Shown here one piece after another: positions 28,671-38,281 of a stretch of 64,000 nucleotides of DNA. Source of the stretch: a virus; the IMG/VR virus record IMGVR_UViG_3300023184_000046, positions 56,030-120,029 of that record, one strand, 5' to 3'. The notes under the pieces are model-generated. The model searched no databases. It was not told the DNA's origin and saw only the letters and a program-made list of their open reading frames with translations. A program made the position numbers and the translations under genes. Each line of letters begins with the position of its first letter. Position 1 is the stretch's first letter.

Positions 28671-28872
28671 AAGTTTATGATAATAAGTTTATAAACTTGG
28701 TAAACTTTATTAATAAGTTTAATTAAATTGATTTTAATGTTTAGTAATTAAGTAATCTTTATTATTAGTTTGAATTAAAAGATCGCATTAGATTGCGTTT
28801 TAAAGAACTTTGTTTATTGGTTGAGTCTTTAGTCGTCTTTAGTATAGATCGTTAATTTTAAGCTTATCCTGT

Positions 28873-29313
28873 TACGCCTTAACCTGCTGGGCGTTAACCT
28901 GCTGTGCCTGCTACGCCTTAACCTGCTGGGCGTTGAACCTACCTGAACCTGCTGTGCCTTAACCTGCTGGCTGGGCGTTGAACCTGCTGGGCGTTGAACC
29001 TGCTGTGCCTGCTACGCCTTAACCTGCTACGCCTTAACCTGCTGGGCGTTGAACCTGCTGGCGTTGAACCTGCTGTGCCTGCTACGCCTTAACCTGCTGG
29101 CGTTGAACCTGCTGTGCCTGCTACGCCTTAACCTGCTACGCCTTAACCTGCTGGGCGTTGAACCTGCTGTGTCTGCTACGCCTTAACCTGCTACGCCTTA
29201 ACCTGCTACGCCTTAACCTGCTGGGCGTTGAACCTGCTGGCGTTGAACCTGCCTGAACCTGCTACGCCTGAACCTGCTGGCGTTGAACCTACCTGAACCT
29301 GCTATGCCTGAAC
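28873..29313. repeat. Composite minisatellite with AACCTGCT core (>20 copies)
   Basis: Units CCTTAACCTGCTACG / GAACCTGCTGG(G)CGTT / GAACCTGCTGTGCCTGCTACG. No ORF. Confidence 0.92.
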
Positions 29314-29347
29314 ACTACTAAAAAGAGACAATGATTGTATTAAATAG

Positions 29348-29429
29348 TGCTGATATGGAATTGCTGATATGTGATGCTGATATGGAAGATGCTGATATGC
29401 GGTTGATGATATGCAAGATGCTGATATGT
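29348..29429. repeat. Degenerate TG(C/A)TGATATG repeats
   Basis: About 6 copies directly after the terminator, same family as 23919. Confidence 0.8.
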
Positions 29430-29435
29430 AAACGA

Positions 29436-29472
29436 AAAAATACCCCATACCATTTTATTGGCATGGGGTATT
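29436..29472 (-). terminator. Intrinsic terminator
   Basis: ATACCCCAT(A/G)CCA/TGGCATGGGGTAT stem plus T-run. Confidence 0.8.
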
Positions 29473-29482
29473 AAGTTTAAAA

Positions 29483-31285
29483 TCAAGATGTAATTAGTTT
29501 TTTGATCTCTCGGCAAAGCAAAGGTAAAGAACTAATTGTATCCTTTAGGATTACATAATTTCCCGAACCGTAAAGAGAAGTGCCAACGGAATTGTCAAAG
29601 GCGTTTTGAATGCCAATTCCAAAAACATTAATCTTTCTTTCGGTAGACTGTTTCACGCATTTAGCCGTGTGTCTAATACCATTGTTTCCCGCATAGCAGA
29701 TTGCTGCTGGTTGACCATCTGAGATGACAAACAGGTGGTGTACGCTGTTTGCATTTGCAGGATTGGTTTCCAACATTCTCTCTGATATAAATCGGACAGC
29801 AAATCCATCTGCATTGTTTGACAATGCTTGTGCATTTGCTAGTCCAATGGTATTATCAGCACCCTTCTGATAATAAGGAATCATCTCTAGTGTGTTACCT
29901 TCGCCACGATCTGCGGAGTGTCCATAAACTACTAGGTCGATTCCTTTTATGCTTTTTATAGCTTCCACTAAAGCAAGGCAAACTGTAGAAGCATCTTTTA
30001 TCTTACTTCCACACATACTGCCTGATTGGTCTAGTAAAATTCCAATGGTATATTTCTTACCCTTGGGGATTTCCTTTTCTTCAAACAGGCGAATCTTTTC
30101 ACCCATATGAAATTTGTGTAAACCGTTGATATCAAGATCACCGACTGTCTTGCCAAAATTTGGTCTAGACAAGTGAACCGATTTAAAAGCAAACGATTGT
30201 TTTATAGCTTCAATCATTCTGCGATTGGTAATCATAAAACTACGATAAGTTTCCTTGTCTCTATTTGTTGGTTTAAACTTATGAACCCTTACTTTTATTT
30301 TTGCAGGGTCATAAGCTTCAGCGGATGAGGGAATATCTTTTGGAGTATCGTTGTTTGCCTTTAGATCCTGAAAACCTTGTGGGCTTGCAGAATTATCAGG
30401 TCGTTCAATAATTCTATCTCCAATGTTTTTAGAATCTCTTAAAGGCTTTTTACCTTCAGGATTTTCACCTTCACCTTCACCTTCACCTTCACCTTCACCT
30501 TCACCTTCACCTTCACCTTCACCTTCACCTTCACCTTCAGGTGCTTCAGGCGTTTCATCTTCACCTTCTGGCGTTTCAGGTGTTTCAGGCGTTTCATCTT
30601 CTACTTCTGTAATCCTAGAAGCGATTTCATCGTAGATTCTTTTTGAGATTTTTAACCTCTCGTTTTTTGCCGTTGGCTTTTTAAATTCTTCAGCTACATG
30701 ATCGAGAATCTTTTCAAAATCTTCAAAGTGTTCGCCAAGGCCAGTATCACCAAAATCAATGTTAGAATTTGGTAGTGTCCATTTTTCGATTATGGATTCT
30801 ACCTTTTCTTCCATTCTAGATTCTTTGGTAACTGAAATATCCTGACCAATAGAATCTTTAAAAGATTCAATCTCAGGTGCAAAGCCTGACCATTTTTCTT
30901 TAACACTATCAATTGCATTTTTAGCAGATACACCATTAAAGATTGTTTTTATCTCAGGTGTAGCTAACTCAGTAGATTCTTCTGAAAATCCACTAAGCGT
31001 CATTCGTTCATGTTGCGTAGTGGTTTTGAGTAATTCTTGTCTAGTCAAGATTCTACCCTTTTCCTCAGATAAAGCTTTATCATTAAGAACCAAGCTTCCA
31101 TCTTCTGCTGTAAACTTAGATAGATCAGCAACTAAATCTGTACGATCTGTTGTAGATTTAAATCCAACCGACAAGGTTTTCTCTTTATCACCCTCGCAAC
31201 CATTTGATAAAAGGTTTGCGGTTTTGGTCAATTCTGCCAAAATTTCTTGTCCGATTACGATGCTTTCTTTAGTCTTAGTATTCAT
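29483..31285 (-). CDS. vWA-domain protein, copy 2
   Basis: ILLDQSGSM...ISDGQP. (GE)n linker. Collinear paralog of 24376-26217. GAGGA RBS at MNTKT. Confidence 0.85.
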   Translation of the reverse strand: MNTKTKESIVIGQEILAELTKTANLLSNGCEGDKEKTLSVGFKSTTDRTDLVADLSKFTAEDGSLVLNDKALSEEKGRILTRQELLKTTTQHERMTLSGFSEESTELATPEIKTIFNGVSAKNAIDSVKEKWSGFAPEIESFKDSIGQDISVTKESRMEEKVESIIEKWTLPNSNIDFGDTGLGEHFEDFEKILDHVAEEFKKPTAKNERLKISKRIYDEIASRITEVEDETPETPETPEGEDETPEAPEGEGEGEGEGEGEGEGEGEGEGEGENPEGKKPLRDSKNIGDRIIERPDNSASPQGFQDLKANNDTPKDIPSSAEAYDPAKIKVRVHKFKPTNRDKETYRSFMITNRRMIEAIKQSFAFKSVHLSRPNFGKTVGDLDINGLHKFHMGEKIRLFEEKEIPKGKKYTIGILLDQSGSMCGSKIKDASTVCLALVEAIKSIKGIDLVVYGHSADRGEGNTLEMIPYYQKGADNTIGLANAQALSNNADGFAVRFISERMLETNPANANSVHHLFVISDGQPAAICYAGNNGIRHTAKCVKQSTERKINVFGIGIQNAFDNSVGTSLYGSGNYVILKDTISSLPLLCREIKKLITS

Positions 31286-31349
31286 ATTATCCTCATTTGA
31301 AAAAAGTAAAAAGGTAAAGCCCCACCACATTGGCAGGGCTTTGAAACAA

Positions 31350-32540
31350 CTACTCTGAAAGTCCTGAACCCTTAAGCAATTCCCGAATTTTTGATCTTTC
31401 CGAATCTTTGCTACCATCGTCAACAAAATGGCTAACAAGAGAATACTCAAGAGAACAAGCACCAATTTTAGCAAGCTTTTTAGCTGCGTTTTCCAGCAAT
31501 CTGGTGCTTATGCTTTTAGTATAAACTTCACTAGCCATAAATTTAGCCCTGACCGTTTTTGCAACCAATGCAAGCTTATCCGATCTAATTTTATCAAGAC
31601 CATGTTTTCTTTGCAGGAGCAAACTTTCATCAGGTTCTGATAAATAATTGATAGGAATCAAATCACAAAATCTATCGCATAAAGCGGAGTCCATTTGATC
31701 CGTTCCAGTAAACTGCGATCCTTCATTGCAGGTACTGAAAATCGTCACGCCTGCTGCAACCTTTATTTCCTCTTTGCTTTCGTCAAGATATGTTTCACCC
31801 CTAGAATCTAGCAAAGGCAATAAAGTATTCATGGTCATAGGGGATAATCTGTTTATTTCATCCATTACGATTACCATGCGGGGTATTCGTATTGCATTGA
31901 CGAATAAACTATTAACCCATTTAAGACCATCTTTATCTACTGTTTTATTACCGAATAAACTTAGCCCTTCTCTAAGTGTCATGCAGTCGATTATGACACA
32001 TGGGCGTTTGGTTTTAGCTGCAAACTGAATTGCCATGCTGGTTTTACCACAACCTTGATGGCCAACCAACCTGATAGCTGCACTAGGTTTGCCTGCTGCA
32101 AAGTCATCTCTCGACATTTGTTCAATGCCATTGAGATAATTTTTAAGATTGGTATCAAAGGTAAAATGAGGGTCAATCTGGTGCATAAATTTAGCTTTAA
32201 CCCACTCAGGGTATTCTGCTTTTTTAGGTGCAGGTGCAGGAACAAATTCTTCCATTTCAGGTTCATCCATAGGTTCAGGTTCTTCCATTACAGGAGCAGG
32301 AGCAGGTTCTTCCATTACAGGTATTGGTGCAGGTGCAGGTATTGGTGTTTCACCTGCTGCGATAGCATTTTTATACTGGTGTTTGATAGCACTCCAGTCT
32401 GCCTTAGATACTACAATGCCAACTGCTGCCAATGATTTATGGCAATGTTCAAAAGATGCTTCACCTTTAGTATTAACGAATATTTCCCTAAGTAAACGAT
32501 ACTTAGTAGTCCTAGCTTCTCTGCTGAAAAAATTACTCAT
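31350..32540 (-). CDS. MoxR-family AAA+ ATPase, copy 2
   Basis: GHQGCGKT, VMDEINR, STRLL. Paralog of 26337-27581. Confidence 0.9.
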   Translation of the reverse strand: MSNFFSREARTTKYRLLREIFVNTKGEASFEHCHKSLAAVGIVVSKADWSAIKHQYKNAIAAGETPIPAPAPIPVMEEPAPAPVMEEPEPMDEPEMEEFVPAPAPKKAEYPEWVKAKFMHQIDPHFTFDTNLKNYLNGIEQMSRDDFAAGKPSAAIRLVGHQGCGKTSMAIQFAAKTKRPCVIIDCMTLREGLSLFGNKTVDKDGLKWVNSLFVNAIRIPRMVIVMDEINRLSPMTMNTLLPLLDSRGETYLDESKEEIKVAAGVTIFSTCNEGSQFTGTDQMDSALCDRFCDLIPINYLSEPDESLLLQRKHGLDKIRSDKLALVAKTVRAKFMASEVYTKSISTRLLENAAKKLAKIGACSLEYSLVSHFVDDGSKDSERSKIRELLKGSGLSE

Positions 32541-32571
32541 CGTTTCTAATCCTTCTAAGACATGAGACATG

Positions 32572-32682
32572 ACTATCAATTAATCTGCCGTTTCTAATCG
32601 GCATGAAAACTAACTGATATTAAAATCTATACTATCAATTAATCTGTCATTTGCAATCGGCATGAAAACTAATTGATATTAA
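32572..32682 (-). promoter_or_regulatory. Tandem 59-bp duplicated hairpin leader upstream of MoxR copy 2
   Basis: Two units, each bounded by the inverted repeat TATCAATTA...TAA(C/T)TGATA. Confidence 0.55.
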
Positions 32683-32684
32683 CC

Positions 32685-32715
32685 TATCGGTTTGAAACCT
32701 CACCCATTTTCAACT
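32685..32715 (-). promoter_or_regulatory. AGTTGAAA-N17-CCGATA promoter-like motif
   Basis: Recurrent motif. Confidence 0.75.
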
Positions 32716-32766
32716 ATTTTTTTTTATTTTGAAAATATTTTAACATTACAAAGTTTATAAACTTAC

Positions 32767-33033
32767 ATTTCCTATTGCACGGATGTACTTGATAATCATA
32801 AACTATAAGTTTATTTCCTATTGCACGGATGTACTTGATAATCATAAACCATAAGTTTATTTCCTATTGTGCGGATGTACTTAAAATTTCCCGTTGTCCC
32901 ATTGCCCGTTGTCCCATTGCACGGATGTACTTAATATTTAAATAAATAAATTCAGTTAAAGTTATAAGTACATCCGTGCAGTAAATTTATAAGTACATCC
33001 GTGCAATAAAATTATAAGTACATCCGTGCAATA
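32767..33033. repeat. Seven AAGTACATCCGTGCAAT motifs (4 inverted, 3 direct)
   Basis: Directly visible. Confidence 0.9.
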
Positions 33034-33115
33034 AGTTTATAAACTTATAAGTTTATAAGTTTATATTTTATAAACTTATAATGTTTTTTCAGGCGGAGAT
33101 TTGAACTTATAAAAA

Positions 33116-33655
33116 TTATTTTTTCTTAAAGGTAATAGGAAGCTTACAGGCAGGACATCTATAAGTAAAAATTTTCGCTGGTTTCTTATAACGATAGAAC
33201 TTTTTATTACAGCACTCAGCAACTAATGGTGCATCATTGTGAAAATCATCACTTACAGACTTGCAACGGTTTGGTTTTGCTCCAATTTTAACACACATAG
33301 ATTTCCAAACATTATCATGCCAGTGATTTGGGCCAACAAGGGCGTGAGCTACTTCGTGCAAAATTGTGTCAATGATTTCACATTCTTTATCTAAATCTAA
33401 GTGGCGTTTAGAAAGTGTAATTGTTTTTTTGTTATATTTACAGCAACCTAGTCTACTTCTGGCATTATCAATTACAAGATTCCATTCTTCCAATCCATGA
33501 TCATTCATAATTTCTCTTGCTTTTTTAGACATACTTTTTCTTTTTATGGCATTTTTCCAAGTAGAACTAATGTTTAACAATGATTTTGCCAAGTTTAATG
33601 TCTTTTCAATGATTAGTTTTATTGCGTCAATGTTTTTGCTCCTTAGTATTAACAC
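33116..33655 (-). CDS. SprT-like zinc metalloprotease (start uncertain, possibly 33532)
   Basis: RLGCC...ITLS...TILHEVAHAL...H..VWK...IGA and C-terminal Cys pairs. Confidence 0.85.
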   Translation of the reverse strand: MLILRSKNIDAIKLIIEKTLNLAKSLLNISSTWKNAIKRKSMSKKAREIMNDHGLEEWNLVIDNARSRLGCCKYNKKTITLSKRHLDLDKECEIIDTILHEVAHALVGPNHWHDNVWKSMCVKIGAKPNRCKSVSDDFHNDAPLVAECCNKKFYRYKKPAKIFTYRCPACKLPITFKKK

Positions 33656-33979
33656 TTACTTTTTGTTTTACTACTTATTATTCGTTGGCATTTAAAAAGA
33701 TTTCACAAAATTATTTTAATTTATTAGGTAGTATAACCATTTTCTTGATTCCACGAAAATGGTCGATGTCGGTAAAACATTTTGGCGTACAGGAGTTGAT
33801 TGATATTATCATAATCTTATAAGATTATTTTATTAGGAATTCCAGGTCGCACTGGAGCTACCGTTAGACTGGAGGAGCATAGCAGGAGCAGGATCAGGGA
33901 CTCGTGGCGTATTGGGACTCGTGCGTCAGAAGTTAAATTATAAACTTATAAGTTTATAAGTTTATAAGTTTATTTTAAT

Positions 33980-34103
33980 GGTTTAACTGGTGCTACAGGT
34001 TCAACTGGAGCTACAGGTGAGACTGGACATACTGGAGACAGGTTAGACAGGTGAGACTGGTGCAACTGGTACTACTGGAGCTACGGGACAAACAGGATCA
34101 GAT
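33980..34103 (+). pseudogene. Possible degenerate collagen-like (G-X-T)n fragment
   Basis: GLTGATGSTGATGETGHTG, then a frameshift and TAG, then TGETGATGTTGATGQTGS. Confidence 0.35.
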
Positions 34104-34121
34104 AATTTTATAAGATTATGC

Positions 34122-34191
34122 CTGCTGATATGCGGTGATGATATGTGGTGATGATATGTAGCTGCTGATATGGAAGGTGCTGATATGGAAG
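34122..34191. repeat. TG(A/C)TGATATG repeat cluster
   Basis: About 5 copies downstream of the terminator on the - strand. Confidence 0.75.
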
Positions 34192-34224
34192 GTTTTTTAA
34201 TTTTTAAAAGGTTTAATGATATGG

Positions 34225-34258
34225 AAAAAGCTCACTTGTATAAACAAGCGAGCTTTTT
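34225..34258 (-). terminator. Intrinsic terminator (possibly bidirectional)
   Basis: AAAAAGCTCACTTGT/ACAAGCGAGCTTTTT. Confidence 0.75.
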
Positions 34259-34275
34259 GATTAGTGTAAGATATG

Positions 34276-34551
34276 TTATTCAAACATTTTTATAATTTCT
34301 GGTTGAGAATCAATTAACTTTCCTTCTTTATCTGCAAGGACAAGGTATGAGTAGGCAATGCTTGATCTTTTCACAAGGCAATCGCCATCAATCACAACAT
34401 AAACATTAACTCTGTAATGATTACCAAAGACATTAATTGCTTTGGCCTTCATAAAGTTAGGCGGTGTGCCTAACTGTTTCATTACTGCTACTTCTACTCT
34501 TTCACAGACATCTGTTTTCACAGACACAGGCATTTCAGTTGTTGTTGACAT
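34276..34551 (-). CDS. Hypothetical protein
   Basis: AGGAGG RBS. LGTP...HYRVNVYV...SYLV motif. Promoter motif at 34609-34639. Confidence 0.7.
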   Translation of the reverse strand: MSTTTEMPVSVKTDVCERVEVAVMKQLGTPPNFMKAKAINVFGNHYRVNVYVVIDGDCLVKRSSIAYSYLVLADKEGKLIDSQPEIIKMFE

Positions 34552-34642
34552 TCTACTATCCTCCTTTGAAAAGGTTCTAACATTATTTATCCTTCACACC
34601 TATTACTATATCGGTAAAAATTATAACAAAGTTTCAACTTTT

Positions 34643-36106
34643 TTAAAATTTAAAAAAGGTTTGTTCCTTTTTAATTCTATTAGCAACCAAACTTCTAACA
34701 TAGTATTGTTGTTTTTCTGTTATTCTTTGTTTAAATCTTTCAATATGGTGCTTGTAATTGGATTTAATATCATCATCAACAGAGTTTATATTTGTCTCTG
34801 CTTCTTTGAATCTAATATCTAATGCTAGTGCATATTCCATTGATGCTAATCTATCAGTAAGAATAAGTTTTTTTAATTTATCGCTTTTAGAATTACCAAA
34901 TTTAATTTCTTTATTTCTAATTAAATAAGATAATAGTTTTGCATTAGAAGATTCAACTATTAAGTCTGCTATTTTGTCATTGAAACTTGAAGCTTTTGTA
35001 CTATCAACATAGTATCTTATATTTTGGAAAAAGTTACTTACTTTATTTTCATCTCCATAAGGATTAAATGTAATTACTTTCTTTAATTCTTCAATGACTG
35101 ATTTTTCAAATAATTCTATGCGGTTATTTTTTTTGTTTGAAATTACTCTTGATAAATAAGAATACACATCATCGTTATCATTGCACAGATGAGATGCAAA
35201 CAGTTCTTTCTCTAGGACTTCCCATCTTTCCCAGTTACCAGATGATCTATAAGTGGTTTTATTAATTTGAAAAGCAATTTCATGGTATTCAACCATGCTT
35301 GTTATATCATTACTTAGCAAGTGTTCAAACTCTGGTATTCTTTTATCTTTACAATAAGCTAAAGTTAATCTTGCTAATAATTGAGGTTCTAATTTTTTAC
35401 TATTTTTAATAAAATCATAACTCAAAATTGCATTAGGTGAATGTCGCATATAACTAATTAATTCTTGTGCATCTTTTGAATTTGTAATTTCTAAATCAAA
35501 ATCTTTAATGATAAATTTTTCTATTAACTTATATGAATTATCTACAAGAGACATGATATATGGTGATTTATTTTTAATTGCATATTCTTCTAATTCCTTC
35601 CATTTTTTACTACCATACACATTGTTTATGTAATTTGCAAGATATCTTGTACTAATGTGTTTTATTATTTTCTCAAGTGGCATACTAAGCAATTCTTTTT
35701 CAAGATTACTTTCTTTTTTTGAACCAATGTTAAATCTATTTTTTTCAAAATAATCTAAAAATGCAAAGGAAATCTTATCATACTTAATAAACGCAGAAAT
35801 TAGTTTATTTAATTCATCTTTAGAGAATTGGTGGTTTCTACCAGCATATCCATATGTAAGCTTATGTAAGAAATCATTCACTTCATTTTCTGGTACTTCT
35901 GTAGAATTTAAACTTAGAAATTCCACAATGAAGTCAACCCAAGTTTCTCGTTTTATTTGATAAGAGTGAGTCAAAGTTTTTTTAAGTAAGTTAAAGAAAC
36001 CTTTTGGGTGTTTCTTAATTTTATCAAGTGCTTCATCTTTAGTGATAGCATTGTCATTTGCAATCAAGAATCTTTCTACTTGAGAGAGGTTAATTTTTTT
36101 AGCCAT
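34643..36106 (-). CDS. Helical-repeat hypothetical protein ending FFKF
   Basis: Degenerate Y..xxW/FxExE repeats related to the 57002 and 62677 families. Confidence 0.65.
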   Translation of the reverse strand: MAKKINLSQVERFLIANDNAITKDEALDKIKKHPKGFFNLLKKTLTHSYQIKRETWVDFIVEFLSLNSTEVPENEVNDFLHKLTYGYAGRNHQFSKDELNKLISAFIKYDKISFAFLDYFEKNRFNIGSKKESNLEKELLSMPLEKIIKHISTRYLANYINNVYGSKKWKELEEYAIKNKSPYIMSLVDNSYKLIEKFIIKDFDLEITNSKDAQELISYMRHSPNAILSYDFIKNSKKLEPQLLARLTLAYCKDKRIPEFEHLLSNDITSMVEYHEIAFQINKTTYRSSGNWERWEVLEKELFASHLCNDNDDVYSYLSRVISNKKNNRIELFEKSVIEELKKVITFNPYGDENKVSNFFQNIRYYVDSTKASSFNDKIADLIVESSNAKLLSYLIRNKEIKFGNSKSDKLKKLILTDRLASMEYALALDIRFKEAETNINSVDDDIKSNYKHHIERFKQRITEKQQYYVRSLVANRIKKEQTFFKF

Positions 36107-36117
36107 TGTAATATCCT

Positions 36118-36501
36118 TTAGAATTTAAAAAAGAAAGGTTTATCTGGTGGTTGTTTGTGATAGTCTAAAAGAATAGTTAGACATTCACCAGTAGCAAGTT
36201 CTATTGCTTTTTTACATTCTATACCTTTGAAGTTATCAGTTAAGTATCTTACTATATCTGTTTGGTTATTTTTAACCGCTTCCTTCAAAGCTGGTTCTAG
36301 TTGTTTTGCATCAAAGCTACCAACTTCGACTAATGATTTTAATATAAACAATCTTCCGTAGTGTGCTGCAAACTTTATACAATTGGTAAAATTATTTGCA
36401 CCAAAGTCTAATGATTCTTCTACTTTGTTTATATTATCTTCTAATACAGCGTTGAACATTTGTTCATTAAGTTGTTTAATTGTAATGCGTTCTTCGTCCA
36501 T
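36118..36501 (-). CDS. Ankyrin-repeat-like protein ending FFFKF
   Basis: AAHYGRLFILKSLVEVG, ALKEAVKNNQTDIVRYL. Confidence 0.65.
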   Translation of the reverse strand: MDEERITIKQLNEQMFNAVLEDNINKVEESLDFGANNFTNCIKFAAHYGRLFILKSLVEVGSFDAKQLEPALKEAVKNNQTDIVRYLTDNFKGIECKKAIELATGECLTILLDYHKQPPDKPFFFKF

Positions 36502-36505
36502 GTGA

Positions 36506-37108
36506 TTAACCTTTAATCAAGGTACTGAGGTAGTGCATCAATAAAAGACCGCCAATGTTTCTGCCAGCTTCGCATATTTGGTGTTCGTGATTATCTTCCC
36601 AAGTAAACTTATTTTTTTCTTCATCATAGACGGAGTTATTGTAAATCCAATCAAACAATTCATTATTAAGTTTGCAGAAGATTATTACTTCTGGTTCTTG
36701 TGATAGAGGAACATATTTAGCGGGATTTCTTTTATCAAGTGGGTGTTTGCCATCAATCATTATAAAGAGTAATTCATCTTCTTTATCTTCTTGTGGTGTT
36801 GGGTCATAAATTTCACCTGTTGGAGATTTATAGATAATATGTGGTTCAAAGTTTAAATAAAGTTCTTTTGCCCCTAGCCAGCAAATATAACCATGAATGG
36901 CTTCTCCCCCATGTTTTTCAATTATCTTTGCTATATTTCTATTTGATGATAGCATTTCGCAATCTTCTTGTGGTTTTAAAGTAACCACAATTGGAGTGCC
37001 TATTTTAGCCAATTCATCTTTATATTTTTCTTGGAATATTTTCTTAGTTGGAATCACACCATTTTCGTGTGAAATTTCAAATAAGTTATCTGCCATGCTA
37101 TTAATCAT
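36506..37108 (-). CDS. Hypothetical protein
   Basis: AGGAG RBS. GG..IHGY..W...EPH....P.GEIYDPTP. Promoter motif at 37129-37159. Confidence 0.65.
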   Translation of the reverse strand: MINSMADNLFEISHENGVIPTKKIFQEKYKDELAKIGTPIVVTLKPQEDCEMLSSNRNIAKIIEKHGGEAIHGYICWLGAKELYLNFEPHIIYKSPTGEIYDPTPQEDKEDELLFIMIDGKHPLDKRNPAKYVPLSQEPEVIIFCKLNNELFDWIYNNSVYDEEKNKFTWEDNHEHQICEAGRNIGGLLLMHYLSTLIKG

Positions 37109-37163
37109 GTTTTGTTCTCCTGTTATTAGATCGGTAATTAAGTTGGCAAAATTCCAACTATTT

Positions 37164-37580
37164 TCAAAATTCTATATCAAATCCAGATGCTGTAAGACAG
37201 AAGGTATAGAAAACTCCTAGAAGAATAGCGTTTAGTATTTCAATTTTTACACTTGGGTTTTGAATACTATCTTCAAATTCTTCTTTGATTTCATCATCTA
37301 TTTTAAATAACATTTCTTCTTCCATTTCTTCAAACAAGCAATTCAGATCATTTGAAGTTTTCAGTCGTTCACATAAATCAAAGTAATTATCTAATATTTC
37401 TTTGAATTGTTTATTATATTTACTGGAAACTAAAACATCTTCATTGCCAGTAATTTGATAAGTTAATTTTCTTATTAATGCTTTAATCTTATCAGATTCC
37501 ATGTCATTAATATTAATTAACGGCCTAATGTTATCATCATAGGCTTTTCTAATTTGATTTAATAGTGCTTGTTCTTCCAT
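37164..37580 (-). CDS. Hypothetical protein
   Basis: 138-aa ORF in the - strand run. Confidence 0.6.
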   Translation of the reverse strand: MEEQALLNQIRKAYDDNIRPLININDMESDKIKALIRKLTYQITGNEDVLVSSKYNKQFKEILDNYFDLCERLKTSNDLNCLFEEMEEEMLFKIDDEIKEEFEDSIQNPSVKIEILNAILLGVFYTFCLTASGFDIEF

Positions 37581-37622
37581 GACTTATAATATCATGGAAG
37601 AAGGCACGAAATCAAGAGGGTA

Positions 37623-38213
37623 TTAACTGTTAATTTTTGTAATTACCTCAACGATTTTATCTACAGTTTGTTTAACTGCTTTTTCATTTACATTTTCTTT
37701 ATTGGAAGTTAACCAGCTTATAAGAAAGCCTGTTATTTTTGTTCTTAATCCATCAACATCTTTATCGTTACGATACTCTTTTATAGCATTTTCAACTTCA
37801 CCACTATCACCAAAATCAACTTCATTAGTTGGTTCTTCAAGTTCATATTTCTCAATGCAATATTGGAATATTTTCTTTGAGAAATGGTCAATCATAAACT
37901 TAACTTTTAAATTATTATATTTTTCACTATTAATCTTATAGTTTTCTTTTACATTATCAGAAATATCTTTATCAGAAGTAACTTCTATGAGATTTTCAAA
38001 ATATTGCATTAAATCTGTAACTTGGTCTTTTCTTGTACTTACACCTTTTACAATTAAATCTTCATCTCCGAAATTACGATAAAGACACATATCAACATTT
38101 CTTGCTAGGTTTGAAATGTTTTCAAAGCTTGTATCTTGTTGGTTAGCAACCCTTTTAATAAAAGGTTCAATTGTACTCTGTAAGCATTTCTTGAAATCAC
38201 TTGCACTAATCAT
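37623..38213 (-). CDS. Hypothetical protein, paralog of 61861-62517
   Basis: VDxxLYRxFGDEDxI shared. AAGGA RBS. Promoter motif at 38257-38287. Confidence 0.7.
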   Translation of the reverse strand: MISASDFKKCLQSTIEPFIKRVANQQDTSFENISNLARNVDMCLYRNFGDEDLIVKGVSTRKDQVTDLMQYFENLIEVTSDKDISDNVKENYKINSEKYNNLKVKFMIDHFSKKIFQYCIEKYELEEPTNEVDFGDSGEVENAIKEYRNDKDVDGLRTKITGFLISWLTSNKENVNEKAVKQTVDKIVEVITKINS

Positions 38214-38281
38214 GGTATCATCCTTTATGTAAAAAACTTATTAGCCACACACTTACTATCGGAATTTAAACAACCAAAATT

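Noticed and set aside
24376-32540. Cobalamin biosynthesis (cobS/cobT cobaltochelatase) as the function
   Set aside because: No cobN or other cob genes in the window. The family resemblance supports only a generic MoxR/vWA call.
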